From positions 3,410,001 through 3,474,000 of the forward strand of contig NC_043003.1 of the NCBI RefSeq assembly GCF_006345805.1: a stretch of 64,000 nucleotides of DNA, in the 5' to 3' direction. This stretch comes from Octopus sinensis (taxonomy: Eukaryota). Of the stretch, positions 12,319 through 24,283 are shown piece by piece. The translations under genes and the position numbers were made by a program. How positions within the stretch are numbered: the stretch's first letter is position 1; every line of letters starts with the position of its first letter. The notes beneath the pieces are model-generated. The model made no database searches, was not told the origin of the DNA, and worked only from the letters and a program-made list of their open reading frames with translations.

Positions 12319-13571
12319 TACACTTCAAGAAGAAATATTTTGACAGTAACTTTGAAGTTTTGGTGAGCTAAGCCATCATTGGACTATCATTGAAACTTTG
12401 GTCAAATAGCATTCTTGTTAAAGAATAATAAATTTGTACTCTACAAAAGTACAGAGTACTCCTTCGGAGGTTAATGTAAGATTGCTCTCATTACTATAAC
12501 AGAACATAAAACCAATGTGCACACACACACACACACACACACCGTACATGGGTTTCTTTTCAGTCTCTGCTTACCAATTCCACTCACAAAGCATAAGTCA
12601 GTCTGAGGTTATCGCAAAAGAAAACTTGCCTAAGATGCCATGTGAATCCAAAACCACATATTTGAAAAGCCAACTTCATAACCACAAAACCATACCCGAA
12701 CCTTCACCTCCTCTCTTCTGTGGCCCAGCGGTTAAGGTATTGGGATCACAAATGCCATGGATTCAATTCCTGGAACAGGTACTGCATTATGTCTTTGAGC
12801 AAGGCACATCATCATCATTTAACGTCCGCTTTCCATGCTAGCATGGGGTGGACGGTTCGACCGGGGTCTGGGAAGCCAGGAGGCTGCACCAGGCTCCAGT
12901 CTGATCTGGCAGTGTTTCTACAGCTGGGTGCCCTTCCTAAAGCTAACCACTTCATGAGTGTAGTGGGTGCTTTTTACGTGCCACCGGTACAGGTACCAGG
13001 CGAGGCTGGCAACGGCCACAATCAGCTGGTGTTTTTTTATGTGCCACCGGCACGGAAGCCAGTTAAGGCGGCGCTGGCATTGGCCACGATTGGTTGGTGC
13101 TTTTTATGTACCACTGGCACAGGGATCACAACTACAATTTCCATTTCATATTACTTCCAGCTGATCAGCTGAATAGAATTACCAGTCAACTGTTGGTGCA
13201 GCTCCCCACCCTCACCCAGCTGTCACATCCTCAATGTTCCACTGGGTTAAAGGTGGGAGGACCTAGAAGGAGCCTGTGCCTGTTTGTCTCTATAAAACAC
13301 TTAAATACAAATAGTGAAATGTGGTACAAGGTACCAAGTCATACCAGCAAGTGACAGCTAGACACGTTTTATATAAATATAGTCACTTACACACACACAT
13401 ACACAATATATATATATATATATATATATATCAGGAGTGGCCGTGTGGTAAGATTGTTTCCCAACCACATGGTTCCAGGTTCAGTCCTGCTGTGTGGTAC
13501 CTTGGGCAATTGGAGTTGGTAGATGGAAACTGAAAGAAGCCCGTCATATATATATGTGTGTGTGTGTGTGT
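11073..13571. repeat. Tandem direct duplication, unit ~1.25 kb (11073-12318 / 12319-13571)
   Basis: Near-identical units (the same 150-aa and 86-aa spurious ORFs recur 1249 bp apart); junctions lie in (GT)n tracts. Confidence 0.95.
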
Positions 13572-13707
13572 TTGTCCCTGTCACTTAGCAGTTCGGCAAA
13601 AGAGACCGATAGAATAAGAACCTTGAGCAGAAACTCTGAACAATTCCTTTGTGTTTCCATTGTTTACAATGGTTGCACTGTCTGCAATTTCTCCTTACTT
13701 CTTTTGT

Positions 13708-14082
13708 GGAGGCGCAATGGCCCAGTGGTTAGGGCAGTGGACTCGTGGTTGTAGGATCGCGGTTTCAATTCCCAGACCAGATGTTGTGTTTATTGATCGA
13801 AAACACCAAAGCTCTACAAGGCTTTGGCAGGGGGAGGGGTTACCCTTGCTGTATTCTTTCACCACAACTTTCTCTCACTCTTTCTTCCTGTTTCTGTTGT
13901 ACCTGTATTTCAAAGGGGTCAGCCTTGTCACACTCTGTGTCATGCTGAATCTCCCTGAGAACTATGTTAAGGGTACACATGTCTTGTGGAGGGCTCAGCC
14001 AATTGCACAATAATTTCACGAGCAGGCTGTTCCATTGACTGGATCAACTGGAACTCTTGTCTTCATAACCAACAGAGTGCCA
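13708..14082 (+). mobile_element. tRNA-derived SINE family D (~375 bp)
   Basis: A box TGGCCCAGTGG, B box GGTTTCAATTCCC; near-identical reverse copy at 26767-27147. Confidence 0.88.
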
Positions 14083-14261
14083 CGATGACTTCTTTTGTCC
14101 ATATTGAGTTTGGTCACTTGAATGAAGGCATCAGGACTCTTCTTCACCAAATAAACAAGACTGGAAAAGAACAGAAAAAAGCCCCCTTGACAAAGCGGAG
14201 GGGGGTATAATATTTGAAAGGTCAGGGTGGTTTTATGCCAGACATTGAGAGGCTAAAGTAC

Positions 14262-14945
14262 AGTCTTTTTCGCTGCTAAATAAAATTTCAGTCTTTGTAA
14301 GATATCCTTTAAAGCTTCTCCATTCTAGGTTCCTCTTCCATGTTTGGAAATTCTTCTGTAAACATTTTATTGATTTATTTGAGAATTAGATCATGAGCAT
14401 ATACGAATTACCAAGTACCAATCTTAAACTCATGTTATGATCTGGAGAACCACAACATATTTGGTCAAGAACTATGCACTAATGTACACCAATTTGTACA
14501 ATATCATGGCATCTCTGTACAAACTACAAAGTATGGAACTTTTGCTGAAGGCCATCCCTAGTTTGACAAAAGCCAGGTAAGGTGACTCACCTCCAGCTAA
14601 GTACTTCTACAGTTGTCTCACCGGTAAGAGGACATTGGTAATAGCTCACCCTGCAACAAACCTGAACTGCATCTCGTATCAGCTAATTCTCTTTCTAATC
14701 AATAGTCTTATAATTTTTTCATTAACTGTCTTAACCTGGTCCATCAATTCTATGCCTTTTTTTGTTGCCTTTCTCCAGAGTATCTCCTTAGTCTTTGTAC
14801 CAGCTGATGACAATACTGGCTGGCTTTCTGAGTCAACACCATATCTCACCAGGTATTTTGAACAGCAACCATCTCTGATGCCCCGGCTCTCTTCCTTCCT
14901 TACATATCTCGTACCTCCAGCCACCAGTCCCTAGAATATTCATTC
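14262..14945 (-). pseudogene. Old RTE RT fragment
   Basis: KGIELMDQVKTVNEKIIRLLIRKRIS resembles the RTE segment just before the QFGF motif. Confidence 0.55.
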
Positions 14946-17900
14946 TGGTAATGGAGTCTTTCGACTTGCCCAAGACAACGATATGGCACAGCTAGGGCAG
15001 TGCTTGGGAAACCAACATGGAAACATCCGGATTGGTTTAATTGTCAGGATGGCCCTCTTGTTCTACTGTTGTAGCAACAAACTTGACAGAAATGCTTCCA
15101 GACTCACAACATCTATTCATCATCATCATTTAACATCCGATTTACTTGCTGGCATGGGTTGGATGATTTGATAAAATCTGGTGAGTAGCAACAGGCTGCA
15201 TCAAGCTCCAATGTCTGCGTGTTACAGTTGAGTGTCTTTCCTAATATCAACCACATCATAGGATGCACTGATCCCAGTGAGGTCACCAAATAAACTACAA
15301 GACAGGAGAAGAACAGAAAAAAGCTCCCTTGACAAAGCAAGGGGGTAATATTTGAAAGGTCGGGGTGGTTCTATGCCAGGTGTTGAGAGGCTAAAGTACA
15401 TAAGAGAAATTAGCATGGCTGTCTTGCTATAGAACCAGTCAGTGCTTATTGAGTGCCACCAGCACAGGAGCCAGTCAGGTGGCACTGGCACTGGACACAC
15501 AGAAAATACTAAATAAGAACTTGTTCAGGAGTCTGCTTTAATTCAATTTATTGTTGCATTAGCAGAGGGGGGGGGGTCTTTAGGAGAAGAGTCTGTTCAT
15601 TTCTAAATGAAGATGAGACGATGGGGGGTCACGCAGCTGACCTGATGGAGAAAAGCAAATAACAAGATTAGCTACATGAACTTTTTTTCACAGAGTCTTG
15701 ACTTCTTTGGCAACTGTTCAGACTTCTCGGCTGAAAATGCCAGTCTTCCAGTGAAACAAATTACAAATCGTGGTGATAAAGTCGATAAATAAATTATGTA
15801 ACTCTCCATCTTTACAATGCATCGAGTATTTTGTCGAAGATAGTCTTTGTTTTTTTTAGCTAAGAGTACTGACCATGCACAGAGAAACAGTAGCTTACAT
15901 CTAATTCATTATGCATATTCATCACCAGTTAAACATCCATTTTTACATGTCTACATGGGTCAGATGGGAGTTTATTGAGGTAGATTTTCCACAGCTGGAC
16001 ACGCCTCCTGTCAACGACCCCAACCCGTTCCCAAGCAAAAAAGTTGTGTTTCGAATGTGAACAGCACAATGGCCAAACATGCTTTCACGGAAGAGCGCAA
16101 ACAACATTTGTTGACAACTGTTGCATGATACCAAAACAAGAAGACACACAGACACACACATGTGACAGGTTTACGTGCAGTTTCTGTCTACCAAATCCAC
16201 TCACAAGGCTTTGATCAGCCTGAGACTATAACAGAACACACTTGTCTCAAATGGGAAGGAAGCACGCATCCTAACCACACAGCCATGTGCACATGAAAGA
16301 GCGTGGATCTATGTATATGTGTGTGTGTGTGTTGCCAGTGCCCCCTGACTGGCCCCTGTGCCAGTGGCATGTAAAAAGCACCATTCAAGTGTGGTTGATG
16401 CCAGTACTGCCTGACTGGCCCTCATGCTGGTGGCACATAAAAAGCACCCACTACACTCTCGGAGTGGTTGGCGTTAGGAAGGGCATCCAGCTGTAGAAAC
16501 CTTGCCAGATCAGATTGGAGCCTGGTGCAGCCTCCAGGCTTGCCAGCCCTCAGTCAAACCGTCCAACCAATGCCAGCATTAATTCCCATTTTCCATGCAG
16601 GGTCGGACAGTTTGATAGGAGCTGGCGAGGCCAGCAGCCACACCTGGTTTGATAGTCTCTCGTGGCACGGTTTCTATGGCAGGATGTCCTTCCTAACACC
16701 AACTGTTATTGCCTAGGGAGACCCAGGAAGACATCAGACGAAATATTGGAAGCCAATCTCAAAACACTGAGCCATAGGAAGGAGATGAGAAAGGACTGAG
16801 GCATTTGGTGTTTGGCTGTACACAAGATGGCCTGCTCACCACAACAGAACAAAACTGATATCCCAAACCTGTCTTGGTAGTCCTTGCCCAGGAAGGGTAC
16901 TGGTGCTAGTGACACGTAAAAAGTACCCAGTACACTCTGTAAAGTAGTTGGTGTTAAGAAGGGCATCCAAGTGTAGAAACCATGTCAAAACAGACAATGG
17001 AACCTAGTACAGCTCCTGTCAAACAGTCCAACCCATGCAAGTTTGTTAACTGATGGGGATTCAATATGTACACCCACCCCTGATTATGTACTCCACCCCT
17101 TTCTAATGTCCAGAGAGTCTTCAGCTTAGTGGATCCCTGCTTGGCAAATACATCTGGCCAGGAGCATGAGGGTTGCTACCATCGTGACCCAAAACCACCA
17201 ATCTATTTGCAAACTACCCCAAGAGCACCTGAAGGAATTCATACACTACAACCACCCCTACCGGCCTACATTATGTCCTGACCCCCCCTCTACTGCTGCC
17301 TCAATGTGAGCATCATTAACAACTTAAGAGAGATGCAAGCCTTAGAGGAAGGGGCCAAACTAGTGAAATTTTGAATAAAGAGACGTGGACCCTGTAAGTC
17401 ACAATGAAGGCAACCAGCCAAGGAGAGTAAATTTGAATAAACCTGATAGTGCTTGGAACTCAAGAAACTGTAGCCTGTTTATTATAATAAACTGGATGGT
17501 TATAGGTAGGGTAACCAGCCTATAAGGCCATTCTGAAATCATAATAGTCAAAAATTCCAATGAGAAACCCTAATGATATGAAGAAATTCAACTGACCCAC
17601 TACCAAAATCCTCCTGTCAGCTGTGTGTATAATTCTAGGAGATAAAAAAATGATTGGCTCACATCAATTGTGTTAGCTGGCACTTAATTATATCTCCTTC
17701 CTGCAGAAGGCATCTATGAGAAATATTCCACAGAGAACATTTTAATTTGTAAACTCAAACTATTTTCATACCAAACTATAAGTTATCTCCTTGGGACCAA
17801 GTGGTTTCACCGAGGAACTTCAATAAGACCAAAACATACCTAAAGTTTTTACCTTAGTTACCAGCGATCAGACAAATCCCTTCATTTGTCTAATTAAATT

Positions 17901-19072
17901 CTGCATCATTTCAACTTCCGGAATAAGAAATTTCGTTAACAGTTCTAATTTCAGTTGGTTAAAAATTATTTCAGTTCACCCCATCGTGTTAGCCTACACT
18001 ATATACATACAAGGAATGTGTCTGTGGTTGAGAAGTTCGTTTCAGAACCACGTGGTTTCGGGTTCAATCTCACAGCACGACCAATTGTCTTCGAACCGAC
18101 CAATGTTCTGCGAGTGGAATTTGATAGAGAGAAACTATGCGAGGGTCCATTGTATGTGTGTATGAGGCCGTGTTATATTCTGAAAATCGCTGTTGTTTAT
18201 GTGGTGTCTCTTTGGGCTTCGTAATCGAGAGGTTCGACAGATAGATCTTGATAAAGCTAGATACCGGACTAACAGAAGTACGAAACCCTTGCGGATCGCT
18301 GTCCAAAGATTTGATACCAGTAAAATAGTACCGGAATCTCTATATCTATATTAGGATTGGTAATAGCGCGTTAAATCATTGAAGAATATTAATGAAAATT
18401 TTTTTAAAAAAGGAGTTGGATCGTCAAGGAATTAATACGGGATGGAGGGGAGGAGAGGGGGGGCTAACCTCTAAAACCACGTGATAAAGTACAACAGTTG
18501 GGAGAGAGGGAGGGAGGGAGAGCGGAACAGTGGAGAGAGAGTGGGAGGAACAGTAGAGAAAGAGAGAGAGAGGGGGAGAGAGTGAGTGGGGGAAAGAGAG
18601 ATTCTATCAAGGAGCGACGTCGAGTTTGAAACAGAAATATAGAAAGTGACATTTTACCTAAACTTATAATTACTCTTTATATATCAACGGAATGCTGTTA
18701 AACGTTGCATTTTCGGGGTTTTTTTTTTTTCTTCTGTGTAGAAAATAAATCCCTGCTATCATAAAATTTTCCTTATTTTCCTGAAGTTAGTTAATTCTAT
18801 GTGTCTGAGTCTCCTCTATATCAGCCAGGACTAAAATTAAACTACTTGTCTAAAACATTTTAACAGTGCGACGTCTGTGGTTAACAGTTGCGGCAAACTG
18901 GAGTATGGTGGAGGGGAAAGACTAGAATATTATAAGAGGGCACCTACTATTTCCTATGCTTCAATGGCAGCATAGTAACACGTGTGTTAACCAGTCACAT
19001 AAATATATATATCATATCATATATTATATAAGTCGAATGGTTAATGTAAGTGATAAGACAGTCATGAACCAA

Positions 19073-19115
<43 letters not shown>

Positions 19116-19168
19116 CACATACACACCGATACATATACACACACAATATATATTTTCACACACACACG

Positions 19169-19199
<31 letters not shown>

Positions 19200-19465
19200 T
19201 ATATATAATCACAGACAAAGCTAAATAGTAAAGGACACACCCACATTCCTGCTATCTCCTCTCCATTTACATAGCTAACCTTTCACAAGATGAAAACTAG
19301 CATTCCTTTGCTCAAGTAATTTGAAATCTTCCCTCAAACTTAACCGATTAAGAAGGCTAAATAAATTATGGAAACATTTTATTATTACGGCAGAAAGCCT
19401 GACCCAACCCACCATTTTATTAACAGGACATATATGTGCATCATGATGATGATGATGATGATGAT

Positions 19466-19518
<53 letters not shown>

Positions 19519-19754
19519 GTGTGTATGTGAGTGTGTGCAAGTTAGCTCGGGAACAGGAACTGGAACGAAAGGCTTTTATCAAGACAGTTTTGTAGATATA
19601 TTTAAAAGCAGAGAAAGTGAAGAAGAGAACCTCTGTGTGTGAGTGAGTGATATAAGCGGAGGGCAACTCAGGTGATTAAAGAGTTATTAAACAACATTTA
19701 TAAACAGATCAGGGAAGAAGAATTACAGTATTTTGAGAAACAATTGCAACTTAC

Positions 19755-19812
19755 CTGCACTTTTTAAAAGGTCATCATAATATTCCGTTGCTTTTGTGAT
19801 GAAAGAAGTCAT
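19755..19812 (-). CDS. First coding exon of a host gene, MTSFITKATEYYDDLLKSA + phase-1 intron; resembles the N-terminus of ELOVL1/7-type fatty-acid elongases
   Basis: AAAATGA start, in-frame TAA 15 nt upstream, 19 codons + 1 nt, then a consensus CAG|GTAAGT donor. The Y-D-x-x-x-K-x-A motif ending at a phase-1 intron resembles the ELOVL7 start (..YDNWIKDA/DPRV) as recalled. Exon 2 was not found in the window, so identity is inferred. Confidence 0.5.
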
Positions 19813-20404
19813 TTTGTTAGATTTTTAGATCCTTTAAAAGTCTTCAATATGAAAATGTTAAATTGCAAGGAATGAACAAGTTAAAGAATAAATCAAGAAA
19901 TATCGACGAATTATTTTAAATTATCAACTTTAAATAAATATATATTAGTATAATTGATATTATTATATATATATATATATAATTTTACTATATATAATTG
20001 TGTAATTTTATATATTTTAATGGTAAATGCTGGTGCCAATATTGTGTAAGTCCACAGATCAGGACTAAAATATTTGACACCCTCTCGTCTCCATTTAAAT
20101 AGAAAATAAATATGTCAAAATTTGTTTCTGCAGCAACTTTTGGTCTTAATTGCCAGTGTGGTGCGTGTGTGTATATATATGTGTGAATATGCCCTTAATT
20201 GTCAGCAACTGTAAGAGTGTACGTATATGTGACCTTAATTGTCGGTGTGGTGTATGTGAATGTATGTATATATGAATGTGTGTCCTTAAATGCCAGTTTA
20301 AGTGTGTGTATAGACGTGTCCTTAATTGCTTTTGTGAGTGCATATATATTATGAATGTGTCCTTAATTGTCAGTGTGAATATATGTGTGTGTGCGTGTGT
20401 CCTT

Positions 20405-20765
20405 AGTGTTGAGATCCTAGCCCCGAATAACGAGCGTGGCCAAGGAAGCTGGTTCGCTGGAAGTTAATAGAGTTGTGGAGCGGAACCAGTAAACCTGGCA
20501 AGTGACCCTTTCTGTAGGCGACGATGACGCGCTGGCGCGCGCACGACTCGCTTTCTGTGTCTGATGCCGTGTGTGTGCGTGTGCGTGAGTGCGTGCGTGT
20601 GTGAGTGTGTGCAGTAGCCGGTATGTTGCGGCGGCCGTTGCCGGTGTAAGAGTAAAACTGTCGCTTGTGGAAAAAAATGAACACCGACGTGAAACACCTG
20701 TAGAAAGCGTTAAGATTACGACGATTTGGAGATTAGCGCACCAAACTATTACTTTGTTCGCTAAC
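20405..20765. promoter_or_regulatory. CpG-rich promoter/5'-UTR-like patch
   Basis: Dense CpG (gacgcgctggcgcgcgcacgactcgc, gcggcggccgttgccgg) in otherwise CpG-depleted DNA, ~600 bp upstream of the minus-strand ATG exon. Confidence 0.45.
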
Positions 20766-20791
20766 TTTCATTCTTGATTAGATTTTCTTTT

Positions 20792-20824
<33 letters not shown>

Positions 20825-21849
20825 ACGCATGAGGAAAGAGAGAGAGAGAAACCTCGGATCGGTTGCCTATGTCCACCTTATAGGAATGTATATACTGAAA
20901 ATAGAATTATCAAAAATAATCAGCATGTAGGAATAAAATTAATTACATACAAAATTTAATGTGGGACATATAAACAACAGCCGCACAAGAATAGATGTTT
21001 ATATTTTAAGAAGAAAATATTTGGTGATGAACGTATAAATTTGGTACTCTAAATCTCCATAATTAAGTGGATGATAAAGAATTTTATGATCGGAAAATAA
21101 CGTGCGTAAGAATTCAATATGTATTGGGAGCTCAGTTTAATTCATTATCAAGTTTAACCCAACATGGTCCTTGGATGCCTTTAGCGTGTTCCGGGTCTCC
21201 GCATTGGGGACACCCTCTTCCATCTCGCTCACCCACCTGTCTCAAGTTCTGAAAAGGGTCCAGAGCATTGACTTCTCTCCCCGACTAAAAGATTAAAACA
21301 AAATATATCGTCTGGAAGCGTTTATTGAGACAGACTCGTGCATACTCCTCGTGTTCTTCCGTCGGAGCAATGAGGACCATCGAGGATTTCTTTGTTTAAA
21401 GCGAAGAAGAGTTGCACATTGTCGTCCCCTCCCCTCTCTCTCTCTCGCTTTCTCAGTTGTGAACATGGTCAGTCCTAGGACATGACCAAGTCGAGACGAC
21501 TGAGTTGGAGACGGGTGAAGCTGATGGCCAGGATGTCTTACTTGCCTCCTCTTACCCTCTGCACTCCATTCTGCTGCTGCTGCCTTCCCCTCTGTAAAAC
21601 CACGAACGTTTCCTCTGTTGAGACTGCCAGAACCAGTCTAGCACTCGTTTGCTTATTAATCCGTAGCAGAGACCCTGACAGGTGTTGCTATCCTGGGTCA
21701 CAGTAAACCAGGGAACAAAAGGTGACTAAGAGGTGGTTCCACATTCCTTCAAAACACTGGAACTCCAGTACCAGGAGTCTTTTACTGGATGCAGTTTAAA
21801 ATCACACACACACACACACATCTAAAGTAATAATGCATCGTTCTGTATG

Positions 21850-22470
21850 ATGTGCAAGAGTGGAGGTGTGGTTGGTGGGAAACATCAATGAAGTAAGGTG
21901 AGAGAGAGAGGCAGAAGTGTCTCAGAAAGAAGGAGGATAGACCAGAAGGTAAGGAGATGATGTGCAAAGTATAGGAGTGATGGAGAGGAAGATATGAGGG
22001 TAAGATATAAGGCGGTGAGCAGGCAGAAACGTTGGCATGCTGGGTGAAATGTTTAGTGGTATTTTGTCTGCTGTTATGTTCTGAGTTCAGATTCTGCCAA
22101 GGTCAACTTTGCCTTTCATCCTTTTGGGATCGATAAATTAAGTACCAGTTATGCACTGGGGTCGATGAAATCGACTTAATCCCTTTGTCTGTCCTTGTTT
22201 GTCCTCTCAGTGGGTAGTAAAGAAATAAGATATGAGGGTGTGTACAGTAGGTGGATATCAGAGGGTGTTGAGAATGATGAGTTGATAAGATGGAGTAAAG
22301 TAGAGGAGGGGAGGGCTATCTGAAAGCACAGAAAAATGTTTGGTGGGAATAGTGTGGGAACATAAGGAATGTTGAAAATAGGGGATGGGGGGTTCTGGGG
22401 GGAAGGAGGAGGAAACTGGTTGTGGAAAGGAAGCAGGGGTAGTTATATGTGTTGATTCTGCTCCCAAGCA
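21850..22470 (-). pseudogene. Possible decayed Penelope-like RT fragment interrupted by a SINE
   Basis: SLCSHTIP...YQLIILNTL loosely resembles PLE SLYTxIP...LELVLTLN. Confidence 0.25.
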
Positions 22471-22569
22471 ATTACAGCCTTTGGGTCATACCTAAAACAG
22501 AGGAGTAATTGTGTGGGGGGGGGGGAGGGTGAAATTAGGGGCAGAATAAGCTACAAGCATACATGGGAT

Positions 22570-24180
22570 GGTTTTAGGAACTCATTTTTACTGCGGTGGA
22601 CAAGTTTTCTTGAACACAGCAAATCTCCACTCATCTCTGTCCTTTATCATCTCCTCTGTTAGGCTCAACATTTTGAGATCCACCTTCACTACTCCATCCC
22701 AAGTCTTGCTGGATCTCTCTCTTCCACAAGTTTCATCCACTCTAAGCAGTCCTTATGATCGAACCATCACAGTCTTCTTCTCTCTTGCAAACCACATCTG
22801 ATTCCTCTGATGCCTTTTTGTTCTCTCAATACTTTAGCACTTAGATGTACAAACACACTGATGCTGCACATCCAACAGAACATTCTAGCTTCATTCCTCT
22901 CTCGTCTTCACACGTCTTCTCCATTCAGGGCCCATGTCTCACAACAATGTCGCTTGCTGTTTCTACACATTCATGATACAATCTGCCTTTCACTCCGAGA
23001 AAGACATTTTGTTACTAACAGAGGTAAAAGCTCTGAATTTTCTCCATCCTGTTCTTATTCTAGCAACTTTATATTCAGAAATCCATCTTCCCTGCTAATT
23101 AGGTTACTTGGTCAACTGAAGCTAGTAATTACCTTTAGAGAGCCTCCAGGGCATTCGAAAAACTATGTCCCGTGCGTCCATCATGTTTCTTGTTCTAGCA
23201 CATCATTCATATTTGAACACTCGTTTCTCCATTAATCTTCCCAATATTTTGCTGCACCCTTTGTATGTCTATAACTGGCACTGGGAACACTTGATAGAAT
23301 TTCTGCCAACACCACCCTGCATATCAAGTTGGGCCATTTATTGAGTGGGGTACAGTCCTGTCTGCTTTCCTGCTGTGGTCTTTGCTATATTAATTTCAAG
23401 ACCCTTCAATTCCAGGTTTTGTTTCCATATCTGGAACCTCCTTTATAATTCTACTATAGATTCTACTCAGAGAACAAGGTCATCAGCATATAATATTTCC
23501 CAAGAGCAGCCAGTCTTAACAAACCTCTGTTATGGCTTGGAGGACAATGATGAAAAGAAAAGGACTGAAAAATGAACCCTGGTGAACACCTACTTGTACT
23601 CTTAATTCATCATGGTACTCACACTTTACTGACAGTATCCTTGTACATGGTTTTTATGGCTTTCATAAGCCATTTATCTACCCCTAGTTTCTGCAGAAAC
23701 TACCAGATCATGAAGAAAGGGATTCTGTTGAAGACATTCTCCAGGTCATACTTTTTTCCAGGTACAAAACCAAACTGCATCTAATCTCGTCCAATTCTGT
23801 TCCCAATGAATTGGGCTGTAAACTTCTCTCTGTAATCTTCATGACCTGGGCCAGCAATTTGATACTTCTGTAATTCTAAGACAATCTCCTTTATCCTTGT
23901 AACAACTGACTTTAATGTTGCTAATCCAGTCATTGTGGGGAATGACATCTTCCTGCATAACTTGATTAACTGAGTGTGACAAGGCTGCAGCCAGATATTT
24001 TAAGCATCTCAAGGGTGAGGGCCACCGGATCTCACCACTCGCACTGGTGAATATCCACCAAATCTTTTAAGTTTCCCGGTGGTGATTCCTAATGGACCAG
24101 GGACTTTCTTTGCCTTATCTATCATACCACTATCAATTCAGATTGCCAGTCCCTCTGTTGGGTTAAAGTGGTTTTGCCCT
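22570..24180 (-). pseudogene. Degenerate RTE LINE fossil, head-to-head with the 24.3-kb copy
   Basis: Reverse strand has recognisable homologues of the 24.3-kb RTE (gatgcagtttggttttgtacctgg; 3' end of ORF near 22.6 kb) with many stops and frameshifts. Confidence 0.75.
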
Positions 24181-24283
24181 TAATTTATACAGCAAGAAGA
24201 AAATGGAGAAGATCCAGAGGTGTTATGCATCAACTGTTAAACATTACAATGTCTATTTATTTATTTTAAACAATTATGAGAAT

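Noticed and set aside
13708-13785. tRNA gene (also the SINE heads at 35819, 37835, 48453 and others)
   Set aside because: A/B boxes are present but run straight into SINE bodies with no proper acceptor stem; these are SINE heads.
14142-15400. ~120-bp direct repeats (14142-14262, 15283-15400) as LTRs
   Set aside because: No TG..CA ends, PBS, PPT or gag/pol between them; the interior is RTE debris, so they are more likely two copies of an interspersed repeat.
15580-15645. Minus-strand acceptor ttgcttttctccatcag as the next exon of the ATG exon
   Set aside because: In phase 1 it gives GQLRDPPSSHLHLEMNRLFS-stop with no recognisable homology.
16270-16310. Minus-strand AG|AT CCA CGC (DPR) as ELOVL exon 2
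   Set aside because: It continues SFMCTWLCG-stop into a SINE head and has no polypyrimidine tract.
17900-18490. Second promoter (CCGGAAG, CACGTG, mild CpG enrichment)
   Set aside because: Short motifs only, partly within a decayed SINE, with no supportable exon attached.
20143-20410. Repeat-spacer pattern as a CRISPR array
   Set aside because: The repeat is only ~10 bp, spacers are low-complexity, the context is eukaryotic and there are no cas genes.
24203-24283. N-terminus of the 479-aa ORF as a genuine RT start
   Set aside because: These codons come from an unrelated 95-bp repeat fused in frame; the LINE is 5'-truncated.
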